Source: Eledone cirrhosa
Taxonomy: Eukaryota
NCBI GenBank assembly: GCA_964016885.1
Contig: OZ024741.1
Span: 93,372,001 to 93,436,000 of the forward strand
Direction: 5' to 3'
DNA length: 64,000 nt
Positions within the stretch are counted from its first letter, which is position 1; each line of letters opens with the position of its first letter. Below the pieces are notes generated by a model, which was not told where the DNA came from, made no database searches, and worked only from the letters and a program-made list of their open reading frames with translations. A program made the translations under genes and the position numbers. Positions 1-13,284 of the stretch are shown in pieces.

Positions 1-276
1 AGGTAATATATGCTGTGGACCAGTATTTTCAACAAAATCGGGAACATGTATTGGTGTGGTATTTTTCGACCATGTTGCTGAAATATCTTCAATGGCGCCC
101 TGGAGATCTGGTTCGCTTTCACTTTCAAAACAATCATCGTCGGACGAAATTTCAGAAATATAAACATCAGATTCATTTGATGATATATCACTAATATTAT
201 CTTTTGTTTCTTGTTCATTCTGAATGTCGTCGTGTGTAAAACCTTCAAAGTCGGTATCGCTACTTTCAGAAGCCAT
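1..276 (-). CDS. piggyBac transposase, N-terminal part (runs off the left edge)
   Basis: ATG at 276, open to position 1: MASESSDTDFEGFTHDDIQNEQ...SSDDDCFESESE...ATWSKNTTPIHVPDFVENTGPQHILP. Acidic N-terminus and W...F..xxGP are typical of piggyBac transposases. Absent from the ORF track. Confidence 0.75.
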   Translation of the reverse strand, partial: MASESSDTDFEGFTHDDIQNEQETKDNISDISSNESDVYISEISSDDDCFESESEPDLQGAIEDISATWSKNTTPIHVPDFVENTGPQHILP

Positions 277-479
277 GTTGATACAAAAAAAATTTGTTGC
301 ACTTTCAAAGTTAAAAAAACATGTTGCTTTAACTTGTTTCACTATATTAAGTGTTAATTTTCGCGGTAAAGGCCTAATCTCGCAGTAGTCTCGAATTGAC
401 GAGATTTTGATGATGGTTTGTTTATTTTTAGAACGATATTTTAGTGTAGGTGTTTTGGAGCGGTTTGAACACTAAAGGG
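1..479 (-). mobile_element. piggyBac transposon 5' end
   Basis: Terminus ...GAACACTAAAGGG (479) followed by TTAA (480-483), about 200 bp upstream of the transposase ATG. Confidence 0.75.
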
Positions 480-483
480 TTAA

Positions 484-880
484 GAGAGAATTTCGGCGTC
501 ATTGGTTTGTAAGGGTCAGTGTACTTCAATGTCTAAGCTAGTTATGATAGTCTTACCTAATCTATCTATGTGATTAAGTGTGTTAGTAGGTGTTTTTTTG
601 TAATTTTTGCTTAATTCGTTGGAGATGAACTGCCTATATCTATTTGTCTATCTTGTATAGGTTTTTAGTTTTGTCAGAGACTACATACAAGTGTTTGTCA
701 TTCCTTATTTCAGTTATGAGAGTATTCAAAGAGTTCAAGAATTTGTTGGTGCATTTGTATTTTTTTGTATTTTTTAAAATCTGTTTCTGATCATGTTTAG
801 CAAATTGTTTTCGAAGGAGTCTAGTAGGGTGTTGTGTGGTGGGTTCTTATAAGTTTTAAATGTTGTCTGTGCACTCTATG
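484..880 (-). mobile_element. Penelope-like retroelement RT remnant
   Basis: Broken translation FKTYKNPPHNTLLDSFENNLLNMIRN...IRNDKHLYVVSDKTKNLYKIDK...ELSKNYKK resembles the PLE pre-RT region (ADKTxNLYK). Stops and frameshifts present. Confidence 0.65.
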
Positions 881-899
881 ACAGCGTCTTAACCTGGAA

Positions 900-1935
900 A
901 TTCAAGCTTGGGTGGCGTGCTTGGGTGGCGTTTTAAAGGATAACTAGTGGGATATCATTCCAAGCTCTTGCCAAGCACGTTTTCAAATCATCAATGACGT
1001 CTGTGTCACGTCGATATTTCTGAGTCTATGTTAATAACAAGCTCCAAACACAGTAATCCATGACATTTAAGTTTGGACTTTTTGAGGGCCAATCTTCAGG
1101 AGTCGATTACTGAAGAAATTGAATTGTAGCCCTTGCTGCCATGACACTTTTTATATCTCGGAACATCTGTGGACACATCTCATAATAAACTTGTTGGTTT
1201 ACTGTCTTTTTCTTCTTGCCTTGAGGATTATGGTAATATCCTTCAATAAATTGTAGCTCCGTTTTACCACACCATGAAACAGCAGCATTACAAAGGACAG
1301 ATGGCTGCAAATTCTCATATTTTACGGGCAGGTCTTCCTCAGGTATGTCAGTTTTCACATTCACTTCTCGGTAAATGCAATCATTTTGTCTATTCAAAGG
1401 AGGTCGCAATGAAAACTTTGCTTCGTCCGAAAACCATACTCTTCTCCAAGCATACTCTGGTTCAAAGCGATCAATCGCACATTTTCTGATGTCGATCAGT
1501 GAGGACGTTGTATTTTATTCGACGATAGCATTTCAGTTCACTTTCTTTGAGAATTTCAAACACAGATGTTTTTGAAATATTGAGATGTCTAGCGATTTCT
1601 CGTTGAATTAAATGACATCTCTCCGTTGAACTGCGTCGCACAGGTGAAACAGCTAAATCTTTTACTGTGTCACGTGTTTCGTCCGAAATTCGTTTCTTTG
1701 GACCCGTCCCTTGTCGGTGAGAACTAGCTGTTTCATGTCCCCGTTTCAAAAATTGCAACATTATCAAACTTATGCCTTGTGATCGTTGAAAAAAAATTCA
1801 GTAACATGGTTAAACATTTTGTCAGTCCCCAAGTTAGATTTTCAGTTTTGAACAGAACAATCACCTGCCTTTGAAAGTCTGAAAGCTGTTTCCTCCCGTT
1901 TACAGACTTACATGTATAAACCCCTGCCATCATGT
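900..1935 (-). mobile_element. Tc1/mariner transposase remnant (DD37D/maT-like)
   Basis: HTH fragment QREIARHLNISKTSVFEILK (1471-1767), DDD-domain pieces (1107-1409) and WPSKSPNLNVMDYCVWSLL at about 1035-1092. Boundaries approximate. Confidence 0.75.
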
Positions 1936-2394
1936 TTTGTAATGTCCCATTGTGTGCTCTTCTGGCAAATAAAGAAATCTATCTATCTATCAACATTGTG
2001 GTAACCGGTTTTGTTAGAAATGACATCGAAATAAAACACTAGCTTCTACAACACACTCAGACACACAGATTTGTACCTATCTATGTATTCCTATCTATCT
2101 ATCGCCAAGTACAGAAAGCATTCTCCAAAGGAGAATCAACTGAATTTGTCTAGTTTTATATAAAAAAAAAATTTTGTTACTTTGTTACAAACATCTCAAT
2201 AATAAAATAATTAATAATTTTAATAAATTTCTAATTAACTAAAATAAAGTGTATATCATTAGAAATGTGCTGCATTCTCTTCATAGAATTTTAAACTTTT
2301 TTTATGTAGCTACATCGAACATCACAGCTGTACACATTCTAATCCTAATTTGTGTAGCCTGAACATAACTAGTCTTACATTTTCTTTTTGTTAT

Positions 2395-2969
2395 TTGGCA
2401 GTATTTTTAGAGCGTCAGACACCATGCTTTCCGGCATAGAGTTATGGCCTTTTACGTTCTGCGTTCAAATCCCGCCGAGGTTAACTTTGCCTTTCATCCT
2501 TACGGGGTCGATAAAATAAAGTACCAGTCACGCACTGGGGTCAATTTCATCGACTTTTCCCTCCCCCCAAAATTGCTGGTTTTGTGCCTATATAAGAAAC
2601 CATTATTATGACAGTGCATTATTATAGGCAGTATCGGTAGAGGGTCGGACGCCATGCTTTGCAGCAAAGAGTTACGGCCCTTTACGGTCTGAGTTCAAAT
2701 CCCGCCGAGGTTAACTTTGCCTTTCATCCTTATGGGGTCGATAAAATAAAGTACCAGTAATACACTGGGATAATTGCTGGCCTTGTGCCAAAAGTAGAAA
2801 CAATTATATCTTTGCGGTGGATTGGCAGTATCGGTAGAGAGTCGGACACCATGCTTTGAAGCATAGAGTTACGTCTCTTTATGATCTGAGTTCAAATCCC
2901 GCCGAGGTTAACTTTGCCTTTCATCCTTACAGGGTCAATAAAATAAAGTACCAGTAATGTACTGGCCAT
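2395..2969 (+). mobile_element. Three tandem SINE copies (octopus-type SINE)
   Basis: Repeated core GTTCAAATCCCGCCGAGGTTAACTTTGCCTTTCATCCTTACGGGGTCGATAAAATAAAGTACCAGT with B-box-like GTTCAAATCC. The same family recurs at about 25165, 27605, 34400 and 44160. Confidence 0.85.
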
Positions 2970-3471
2970 GTGCCAAAAATAGAAACAATTATTATGACAG
3001 TGCAGTGACCTTGTGCCAAAAGTAGAAACAATTATTATGACAGTGCAGTGACCTTGTGCCAAAAATAGAAACAATTATTATGACAGTGCAGTGACCTTGT
3101 GCCAAAAGTAGAAACAATTATTATGACAGTGCAGTGACCTTGTGCCAAAAGTAGAAACAATTATTATGACAGTGCAGTGACCTTGTGCCAAAAGTAGAAA
3201 CAATTATTATGACAGTGCAGTGACCTTGTGCCAAAAATAGAAACAATTATTATGACAGTGCAGTGACCTTGTGCCAAAAATAGAAACAATTATTATGACA
3301 GTGCAGTGACCTTGTGCCAAAAATAGAAACAATTATTATGACAGTGCAGTGACCTTGTGCCAAAAATAGAAACAATTATTATGACAGTGCAGTGACCTTG
3401 TGCCAAAAGTAGAAACAATTATTATGACAGTGCAGTGACCTTGTGCCAAAAGTAGAAACAATTATTATGAC
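2970..3471 (+). repeat. 43-bp minisatellite, about 11.7 copies, derived from a SINE 3' end
   Basis: Unit GTGCCAAAA(A/G)TAGAAACAATTATTATGACAGTGCAGTGACCTT; TGCC starts at 2971, 3014, 3057 ... 3444. Confidence 0.95.
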
Positions 3472-4708
3472 TGCACAAAATGCTATGCAAATCTTTGTTC
3501 CAGGTCTGTGTTCTCAGTTCGAATACTGCCGAAGTCAACCTTGCCTTTCATCCTTCCTAGGTTGATTTAATCAATTGTTCCCCTTTGTGCCTAAATTAAA
3601 ATCCTTTTTTTTTTTTTCCTTCTTCCCCCATCTACTCTTGCAATTTTGTAGTTCTTTTCTCTTACTTAAAAAAATTTTATTTTTGTCCAATGGTCGTTAT
3701 TAAAAACATTAAAAAAATTTTCAATCAGCCTAAAACTAAACCAAGCACATCGGTTTGTGTATTTGATACCATTATTAAATTATTTTTGTAAAATCACTTT
3801 TTGTGTTCATTAAAAGACTTTGCTAAAAATCAAATTTGTTGAGTTTTTTGTTGTTGTTGTTTTTTGTTTTTCACTGTTTGTCAGAGAGGGCAGTGTTAAC
3901 AACACTTTTCACAGATTCTGACATTGTTGTGAAAGATAATAGGTAATTATCCTCAAACTAGATATGCCCCCATTGCAACAGAGAGAGCAGGTGGTGGGTG
4001 CTAACCGTTTTGATAACCCACACGAAACTGCCTCTCTTCTATCACATAAAACTTCCCGTTTTAAACTATTCATACATTAAAACCTTCCATCATAATTTTA
4101 TGTAAGAAATTTTAGTCAAGTAATGTTCCAATTAGAAAAAGTTAATTTTGCTAAATTCCTCAATTTTTATTTGCAAAATAAATTGAAATACACAGTGTCT
4201 TTCATTAGAAATATAACAAAAGTATTAGGTGGTCGTTGTACATTAATATCAACTGTATAATAAATATTTGGCCAGTGTATTGCTTCTTTCCACATCATCA
4301 ACATAGTCTTTTCTACAATCAAAAATGGCCTTGGGCTAAACAGCAACTTTAAACTTTGCCTTGGAGCATTGCAAGTAAAAAAAATGATGGTAAAGTCATA
4401 TAAGAGTTTCAGAGTCCAGGAAAGCAATTATGAGATAAGAAGATAAATTGAAAATAGAGCTTGGACAAAAATGGTTCCTTGTTTCACTTCATTTTCGTTA
4501 ACACAGTTACGTGTTGGTATCACATTGATGTTGGTAATTTACAACTAAAAAAACATAATTCTTTTCAAGGGGAAACAACTCCACTTGAAATAAGGAAATT
4601 CAAATTCTGGCTTAAATTTAGAATATCGAATTTCTTTGTACCACGTGCCCAATCTGTAGATTCAAGCAGTTTGATATATAGGGGACTGAGAAACCCAATA
4701 TGAATTAC

Positions 4709-4749
4709 CTTTCGAAGTGAATCAAAGTTGTTTCCCTTAAACTCTTATC
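4709..4749 (-). CDS. Candidate 41-nt coding exon of an unannotated gene (DKSLRETTLIHFE-R)
   Basis: cattacag|GATAAG...TTCGAAAG|gtaatt; phase-compatible with 13285-13304 and 20943-20955. Confidence 0.3.
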
Positions 4750-5689
4750 CTGTAATGATTTACAGAAAGTCTTTTTAAAAAAATGGTATTTTTATAATTC
4801 AAATATTTATGTTTTTATTGGCAGTCAGATCGTTGTGAAAATTTTCAGTATTAATTTTTGATGCAGTCATAGTGCTGACATAGTTTTTATTTTTATGAAT
4901 GTTTTGCCATGTGGTCCATACTTGTTTCAGAGGTGATAGGAAGAACATCCAGGCATAGAAAAGGTGCCAAACAGAGGGTTGTATCGATGACATGACATCC
5001 TCTTTAATGGTGGGGATCTACATAATAAAAGCACCCAGTTCATTCTGTAAAGTGGTTGGTAATAGGAAGGGCATCCAACTCTAGAAAATCTGTTAAACTA
5101 AAAACCTGGAGCACTTTTCAGCTGTGTCAAAGATATCACAACCTCTCTAGTGGTGGTGTGATTATGTGTGGGAATGTTTTGTAAGTGATATGTAGGCCCC
5201 ATGCCCATCTGAGGTCAGTAGCTCCACTTGAGTACTGACTCAGTCTGTGACAACTCATCCAATCCTTGCTAGCAGGGAAAAATGATGTCGATATAGGTAG
5301 TGGCATTATGGTGTGGCTGAGTAGCTCACTTTGCTACCATTTGGTTCTAGGTTCAATCCTGCAGCACATTTGTCTTCTATAGCCTCAGGTTGACCAATGA
5401 TTTATGAGTGGAATTTGGATTTGGAAACTACAAAAGCCTGTCATATATAATCATCATCATTATTTAACATCCATTTTCTCTGCTAGCAAGGGTTGGACAG
5501 ATTGTCACAGACCAAGTCAGTATTTACTTGGAGCCACTGACCTCTCTGGCAGGGTTCACAGGCCTTCTACAGATCAACAAATGTCTAGGGAAAGAATCAC
5601 AAGCAAAGCTTTTGTAATTAAACAAGGAGAAAACTCCTATGAGATGAAACTTCATAACAGGTCAGCAAGTGTGTGCTGTAACTATAGAC

Positions 5690-5758
5690 TTAACCCTTTT
5701 GATATCAAATTGTCCGAAACTGGCCCAAGTTCAGACAAAACTTTATTTTAAAGTGTTA
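5690..5758 (+). mobile_element. piggyBac-type MITE end interrupted by the Helitron
   Basis: TTAA-CCCTTTTGATATC at 5690. The element probably resumes at 11772. Confidence 0.45.
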
Positions 5759-8700
5759 TCTATATATATAAAACTGATGTTGTCTGTGTGTTTCTCATTT
5801 TTGCAAAGTCTATACAAATCCACATTTCTACTCCGATTGACTTCAAACTTGCATTTATATATTCCTTGCAGTCTAAAGATATTAACTGCAGCTTTTATTT
5901 TTCAATTTTCTGTTGTTAAGGGGGTGTTAGGCGACGGTTATCCATCTCCATCGCGCTCTTATAATATCTGGCTGTTTGCATTATGACATTCTGACGAACA
6001 TTGATGACGTATTATGTTCGCTATTATCTGTTCATTGCCAGGGAATGTCTTCTGTCTGTATGCCTGGCTGTCTGCATTACGACATTCTGACGAACATTGA
6101 TGACATATTATGTTTGCTATTATCTGTTCATTGCCAGGCAACGTATTAACGAACCAAAGTAGTATCTGCCTGTTTTCCTTCGGTTGTAACGTTTTTAGAA
6201 ATACTTTCTCCGTTCACAGATTGATTTTTAGAGTTTCAGAAGATTCTGTTCAGAGTGAAAGCAGCGATTCTTTGCTTAAACTTTAATCTGTTATTTTAAT
6301 ATATAATATAAGCGAGCCAAGCCAGCCCAGGTTAACAATTGAATTTGAGAATACCTTTCCGACGGTTGGCTTATTTTTCAATCAGGAAGTGTCATTTACT
6401 AATTTTTTGGCTAACAATCCAGAGACATTCCCACTTACCCCTGTTGCTTTAATATTTTTTGCAATACTTCCTGAGACATAATCACTTACCACTCCCATTG
6501 CACACTATTATTGGTGTTAGTACCAAGCCATATGCCCCATTACACGTACATAGATAGAAATAATGGATCTTTTTAGAAAGACCCCCGCCAAAAAGGATCC
6601 CTACATCTATGTTAAAAATCACATTCGCTGGCGTTAAGCGGTAATTTCTATCTATCTTGGTACAGACAATACAGTGCAGAGGGGCGGGATAGTGTTACGG
6701 CAAACTGTCTTAAGTTAAGTCGACAATTGTAGTTGTTGATGCATACTTACGGTGGTTCGACAATCAGTCACAACTAACCTATTACCCAAGTGAGTTTTAG
6801 ACTGAAAACTATTAACCTCTTCTACATCAACTAACCTAAGCTGAATAGATACTTAAACTTCCCCCTTGCACCTGATTTTCTGCATCCACAAGTTATACGT
6901 TGTTGTTTAATATATCCTAGGCTATGCCCCCAAAGAAGAGAGTTTGCTTTGGAAGAAAAACGCCCTTTTCAAAAAGACTGCAAAGGAACAGTCCCCAGAA
7001 GTTGCTATTAGCCCATTGCAAAACGAAGCATCAACACCCACTGCCCGAACTGCTGAAAGTGACAGACAGTGTGACCTTAGACCGGCAACAAATGATTTAT
7101 CAGAAACTAACGTCCGATCTGCTGAGAATGATGACCAGTGTGTCCTGCGAAAAGCACGAAATGCTGCATTAAAAGCCGCTGCTCGAGCTGCTGAGACTGC
7201 AGAAGAGCGTTACCTGCGTATAAGAAAAAAGGCATCAACTGCTGCCACTCGAGCTGCTGAGAATGCAGAACAGCGTGCCCTACGTATAACAGAAAATGCT
7301 GCTGCTACTCGTGCTGCTGAAAGTGCAGAACAGCGCGCCTTGCGTCAGGCAGGAGATGCTGCTGAGACCTCCGACGGGATCGCCTGGAGAGTATCGCCGA
7401 GGTAGAAATACTCGGCAGGGTGTTTCAAGGCCATGTAGTTCAAGATGGCTACTAGAAGCATTTGAATATAGGCCCGACAGTGATTATGCTAACCATCCAG
7501 ACATGTCAATTTCCAGTATGCAAGATACTTGCAAATTTTGCTCTGCGAATAAGTGGCCAGAAGAAGCAGCCGGCATGTGTTGCGCAAGTGTAAAGGTCAA
7601 ATTACCCACTCTAGAGGATCCACCCCAACCATTGCTGCTGCTTCTTACAGGCACAACCCCAGAATCAAAGCATTTCCTCAGTAATACCAGAAAGTACAAC
7701 TGTGCCTTTCAAATGACTTCTTTCGGGGCGAATATCGTTAGGGAAGGTGGGTTTATGCCTACGTTTAAAGTCCAGGGGCAGGTTTACCATAGGATAGGAC
7801 CACTTGAGCCCATTGTGAACCAAGAGCTTCAGTTTCTTCAACTGTACTTCATTGGCAGCTACCAAGAGAAAGCGAGAAGACGAAACACTATATCACCCGG
7901 CATTAATTGTGAGCTGACATTGCAGCTCCAAGAGATGTTACATGCAACAAACAGTTATGTGCAGAGTTTTAAGTATGTGTTAGAAACAGCATCAATCCCC
8001 AATTTTAATGTTGTCATTAATGCTGACAAACGGCCATCTGGAGAGCATGTTGGCCGCTTTAATCCGCCTACATGCAACGAAATCGCAATTGTGCTTGAAG
8101 GTGAGCAGCAAAATCCATGGGACATCGTTCTCACGTGTCGCGACAACACTCTTAAGCGAATCAGCGAAACCCACAGATCCTACGACGCGCTACAATACCC
8201 CTTGCTCTTCGTGAATGGTGAAGACGGTTTCCATTTGGGTATTCACCAGCGTAATCCCCATAGACCAGACGAGTGCAGCAGCAAACAAGTTTCCAGCATG
8301 GAGTTCTACGCATACTGCCTAAATCATCTCCACTGTTCACGCGAGCTATTCCATCAATTTGCAGTCGACATGTGCGCCAAGATGGAGTCTGAGAGGCTGC
8401 GCTACATCAGGTACAACCAACAAAAGCTGCGTTCAGAGAGTTACATTCACCTTCGAGATGGTATCAACAATGATGTTGCTCCGGGAGGCTTAGGGCAGGT
8501 GTGCATTTTGCCTTCCACTTTCACCGGGGGTCCGCGGTATATGCATGAGAGGACACAAGACGCCATGAAATGTGCGCCATTACGGTCGGCCCAACTTATT
8601 CATTACCTTTACCTGCAACTCCAAGTGGAAGGAGATCGAGGCTGAACTCTTCCAAGGCCAAAAGGCCAAAGACAAGCATGACCTTCTAACCAGGGTCTTC

Positions 8701-11700
8701 CGACTGAAGTTACAGAAACTCATGGACCTTATCAAGAAAGGGCAGGTATTTGGGCCTGTAATAGGCGACATGTACACAGTTGAATGGCAAAAAAGGGGTC
8801 TGCCACATGCCCATATTCTTATTTGGATGTCAACAAAGATTAACTCCATCAACATTGACAGGCTTACCTCTGCAGAACTCCCCAACCCCTCTGTTGACAA
8901 AGACCTCTTTGACATAGTGTGGGCAAACATGGTTCATGGTCCATGCGGGCGTGGATTTAACCTACACTCACCATGCTTGAGAGATTCGGTTTGCAGCAAA
9001 AAATTTCCGAAGCAGTTTCTTCGAGAGACCCAGACCGGCAAAGACGGATACCCACTATACAGACGAAGAAAGCCGGAAGATGGCGGGTTTACAGTGCACA
9101 TTGGGCCATACGAAGTAGACAACAGGTGGATAGTGCCGTACTGCCCTATTCTGTCCAAGGCGTTCAACACTCACATCAACTTAGAGTTTTGCAACTCCGT
9201 GAAGTCCATCAAATATGTCTGCAAGTACATCAATAAGGGCTCAGACGCTGCTATGTTTGGCCAGCAGCAAGAGCGCAATCGGAACGAAGTTACACAGTAC
9301 CAAGTGGGTAGGTACATAAGCAGTAACGAGGCCTTCTGGTGCATTTTCGGTTTCCCCTTGCATCAAAGGCACCCATCCATCCAACAGCTTGCTGTTCACC
9401 TTGAAAACGGTCAACACGTATACTTCACTGCTTCCACAGCTGCTCGATTGGTCGAGGAACCGAAGCACACTACCCTCACTGCCTTCTTTAACCTTTGTCA
9501 AGTCGATCCATCCGCCCAAACCTTGCTGTATCCACAGGTGCCGTCCTATTACATCTGGGAAAAAAAAGAAATGGCAACGAAGGAAGAAGGGTCAAAACGT
9601 TGATGGATACCCTGCCATTAAATTTGACAGTTGCCTTGGGAGAGTTTACACAGTTCATCCAAGCCAACAAGAGTGTTTCTACCTTCGTCTGCTACTTCAT
9701 GAGGTTAGGGGACCAACGTCTTACCAACATTTGAAAACAGTCAACGGTCGGCTTTGCACTACTTTCAGAGAGACCTGCTTAAGACATGGACTGTTAGAAG
9801 ATTGCGCACAGTGGGATGTTACGCTCGCGGAGGCTGCCGTTTCACAGTCGCCGAAAAGTCTCAGAGCTCTCTTTGCAGTGCTTCTGCACATTTGCGAAGT
9901 CTCAGATCCCGTCTCTCTCTGGGGTTGAAGTATAGAGATGCTCTGGCGGAAGACTTTTACCACCAAGCACAATTGCGGTATCCTAGCCTTGATGCTGCCA
10001 GTGACGATGTCTACAACTGTGCTTTGATTGATGTTGATGTGGAAAACAGGACTGTTTCACTGGGTGGGAATATTTTGCCAACGTTCAGACTGCCGCAACC
10101 AGTACGGACAGGGATGGATAACCTTCCGACAGAGCTCATTCTCGAAACAGCCTATGATATTGTCGCTCTTGCCCAATACGTCCATGAAACAAAGCCAAAA
10201 CTCCTTCCTGGACAGCAGCGGGCCTACAACACTATTTTCGACCATGTGCGAAACCGGAAAGAGGGAATCTTCTTCCTAGATGCACCTGGAGGGACTGGAA
10301 AAACGTTTCTAACTAAGCTTCTTCTAGCCAAAGTGAGGCAGCACAAGGTCATCGCATTAGCCCTGGCATCCTCTGGTATTGCTGCAACTTTGTTACTCGG
10401 CGGTAGGACAGCACACTCAGCCTTTAAGCTCCCTCTGAACTTGGCGACATCCGAAACACCGTCCTGCAACATTAGCAAAACTTCGGACAAGGGACTGGTT
10501 CTCTGAAGGTGTTAGCTCATAGTGTGAGATGAATGTACCATGGCCCATAAACAAGCTCTGGAAGCACTAGACACTACTTTGCAAGACATCAGAGACTGCG
10601 ATGGGAGGTGTCACCCTTCTCTTATCCGGCGACTTCCGACAGACCCTTCCCGTTATTCCCAAGGGAACCAGGGCAGATGAAGTCCGGGCGTGCCTCAAGT
10701 CCTCTCCTTTGTGGAAAAAGGTAACAACGTTGACCCTGACAACTAACATGAGAGCCCAACTGCATGGCGACCAACTAGCAGCAGAGTTTGCTTCGGATAT
10801 TTTGTCACTTGGCGCTGGCAAGATCACCCTCGATGGAGATGGCGAATTGTCACTCAGTCCGATTTGTACCACTGTCAACACAGTTGAGGACCTCAAGGCT
10901 CAAGTGTTTCCCAGTCTTCCTGATAACTACCAAGATGTGAATTGGTTATGCGAAAGAGCTATTTTAGCTCCAAAAACCAGCACAGTGAACGCTATCAACG
11001 AGCAACTGTTGCAATCTCTTCCCGGAAGGCTACATATTTACAAGTCTGTCGATACAGTCCCCGACAAAGACCAAGCGGTAAACTACCCTGTTGAATTCCT
11101 CAATTCGCTAGAACCTCCTGGACTGCTTCCTCATAGACTGGGACTCAAAATTGGAACTCCAATAATGCTTCTTAGGAATTTGGACCCTCCAAAACTTTGC
11201 AACGGCACACGTCTGGTTATAAAGAAGGTAATGCAGCACATCGTTGAAGCCATCATTATTTCAGGGTGTGGAAAAGGAGAGGATGTGTTTGTTCCCAGAA
11301 TACCACTCATTCCATCAGGTGAAGAAATTCTGTTTACCTTCAGACGCCTTCGCATAAGTTTTGCCATGTCTATCAACAAGTCCCAGGGGCAGACATTTTC
11401 ACTGGCAGGACTTCACTTGGTAGAATCATGCTTCTCACACGGTCAACTATACGTAGGCTGCTCCAGAGTGGGGAGCAAAGGAAGTCTTTTCGCGTACACT
11501 CCATGAGGGAAAACAAAGAACATTGTCTATCAAGAGGTTTTACGCCAAGATGCCATGTGTGCTCAAATGGACTAACTCAAGGTAAGGTTTTATACTACTA
11601 CCCCTATACAATTTCGAATTTACACCTTCATATTACCATCCTTCCTTCAATCAGGTATAAGTCAGGAATTCGGAAACAACCACAGGCAGAAGGAATGTAC

Positions 11701-11771
11701 AACGAATTATATATATCAAATATATAAGAACCCTAGAGCAAATCCCGAGCAACGCCGGGCCATTCTGCTAG
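5759..11771 (+). mobile_element. Full-length Helitron (6.0 kb)
   Basis: 5' A|TC at 5759; subterminal hairpin CCCGAGCAACGCCGGG (11744-11759); 3' CTAG|T at 11768-11772; A/T target without TSD; RepHel inside. Confidence 0.93.
6924..11575 (+). pseudogene. Helitron RepHel (HUH Rep + PIF1-like helicase), disrupted
   Basis: Zn motif CKFC...CC; Rep motifs FITFTCN, VEWQKRGLPHAH, KYVCKYINKG; helicase DAPGGTGKT, GDFRQTLPV, AMSINKSQGQT, HGQLYVGCSRV. The C-terminus GKTKNIVYQEVL lies beyond a TGA at 11504. Several frameshifts and stops. Confidence 0.93.
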
Positions 11772-13167
11772 TATTATCTAAAAACACCAGCTTAAGTAGA
11801 AGAAAATTAGTTATATTCTAAATCCTTCCAAATTTTTGCTTATTTTTGAAATTATTTGAAAATTTTAGACAGTGTTTTTAATTAGAAAAAATGATGTAAA
11901 CATTTTAAAAAATCTAGAACACATTGGACAAGGCTGTCCTATATATTAAAAAAATAGGATGATTACAGCAGAGAATAGCATTTATCATAAGTTTGCTTGA
12001 TCAGAGCTGATTGGTGCTAAACAACAACTGTCCTATAAGGTTCTTTGTGATTAAGGAAAATGATTTTAACTTGTTGGTATTATTTTAAAATCTGTAACCT
12101 TTTTGATATCATATTTCTAATGAAATATACTGCCTATTATTTTCAAATCATTTTCAAAATAATCAAGAATTTGAAAGGATTTTGTAATATAACTAACTTG
12201 TTATTTAGCTGGTGTCAAAGCAGTGGATTGGCAGAGTGAATCGTTAGATCTTCGGACAACTTCTTAGGAGTATTTGTTCTGGCTTTTTGTGTTCTGAGTT
12301 TAGGTCTTGCCAAGGTCAACTTGGTTGATAAAATAAAGTAAAACTTTGATTGTTTAAGCCAGAGGCAATTTGTTATCAAGTGGGTTGACAGGAAATAAAA
12401 TGTATCATTGATTAGTTTCTCAAACTATAACCATAAGTTTACTAAAAAGAAGCCAGAAAAAGTTTTTGTCTTATAAAAATATTGCAATTGTTTAAAATAA
12501 GTTACAGTATGTTTGCTTATTGTCGGGGGGAAGAGAGACATTCCATGATAATCACTGCTTTAGAAAAGAAAACTATCTTTGGCATAACACATCGTTATCA
12601 TTATCATTTAGCATCCACTTTCTCTGCTAACAAGAGTTGGATGGGTCAGTACTCAAGCCGAGTTACTGAGCCCACAGATGAGCCTACAACAATACGACAA
12701 CAAACTTTATATCAATATAAAAAATAAATCAATATGCCTAATGACATTTACAAAAAATATAATGATGAGGGACGAAAAAAAAAAACATTACCTGAAAAAT
12801 GAATAATTTAATTTACTGATTTCAGGCATTAGATTGTGGCCATGCTGGGGTTCTGTTTTGGAGGGATTTAGTCAATTATATAGACCACAATACTTTATTT
12901 TTAAAGTCTGGTATATATTTTATCAATCTTTTTTGTTGAACTGCTAAGTTCCAGAATACACATGTGTGCACACACACTTTGTGTATGTATATATATATAT
13001 ATATATAATTACAACTGTGACATAAACAGGTACTTAAGTTTCATTGGGTACTGGACCTCAACTCATTCAACCTGAAGATGGTTTTCCGAAGTGGATTGAA
13101 AACCCCCCACAGGTAAATAAGGTATTCAATGCATTAATAGAGGAAGCATATTTATTTTGAAATAGAA

Positions 13168-13214
13168 ATTCTACAGGTCTAGAACTGTTTAATTCGTGTG
13201 AAGTCATCAGGAAT
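13168..13214 (-). ncRNA. Degenerate type I hammerhead ribozyme (Penelope-type)
   Basis: ATTC-CTGATGA-cttcacacgaat-TAAA-CAG-ttctagac-CTG-TA-GAAT. Homologous to 52305-52355, but GAAA is mutated to TAAA. Confidence 0.55.
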
Positions 13215-13284
13215 GTCCGATTCATAATTTATAGATTCCTTTGGGGTAAATAGGGGGGGGGGGGCTCTCTTTTCCTCTCATTAC

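Noticed and set aside
2970-3471. CRISPR array
   Set aside because: No unique spacers, units derive from a SINE tail, no cas genes, and the context is eukaryotic.
7484-11379. Many antisense ORFs over the Helitron (likewise over the LINEs and Gypsy)
   Set aside because: Shadow frames of TE coding sequence with no recognisable motifs.
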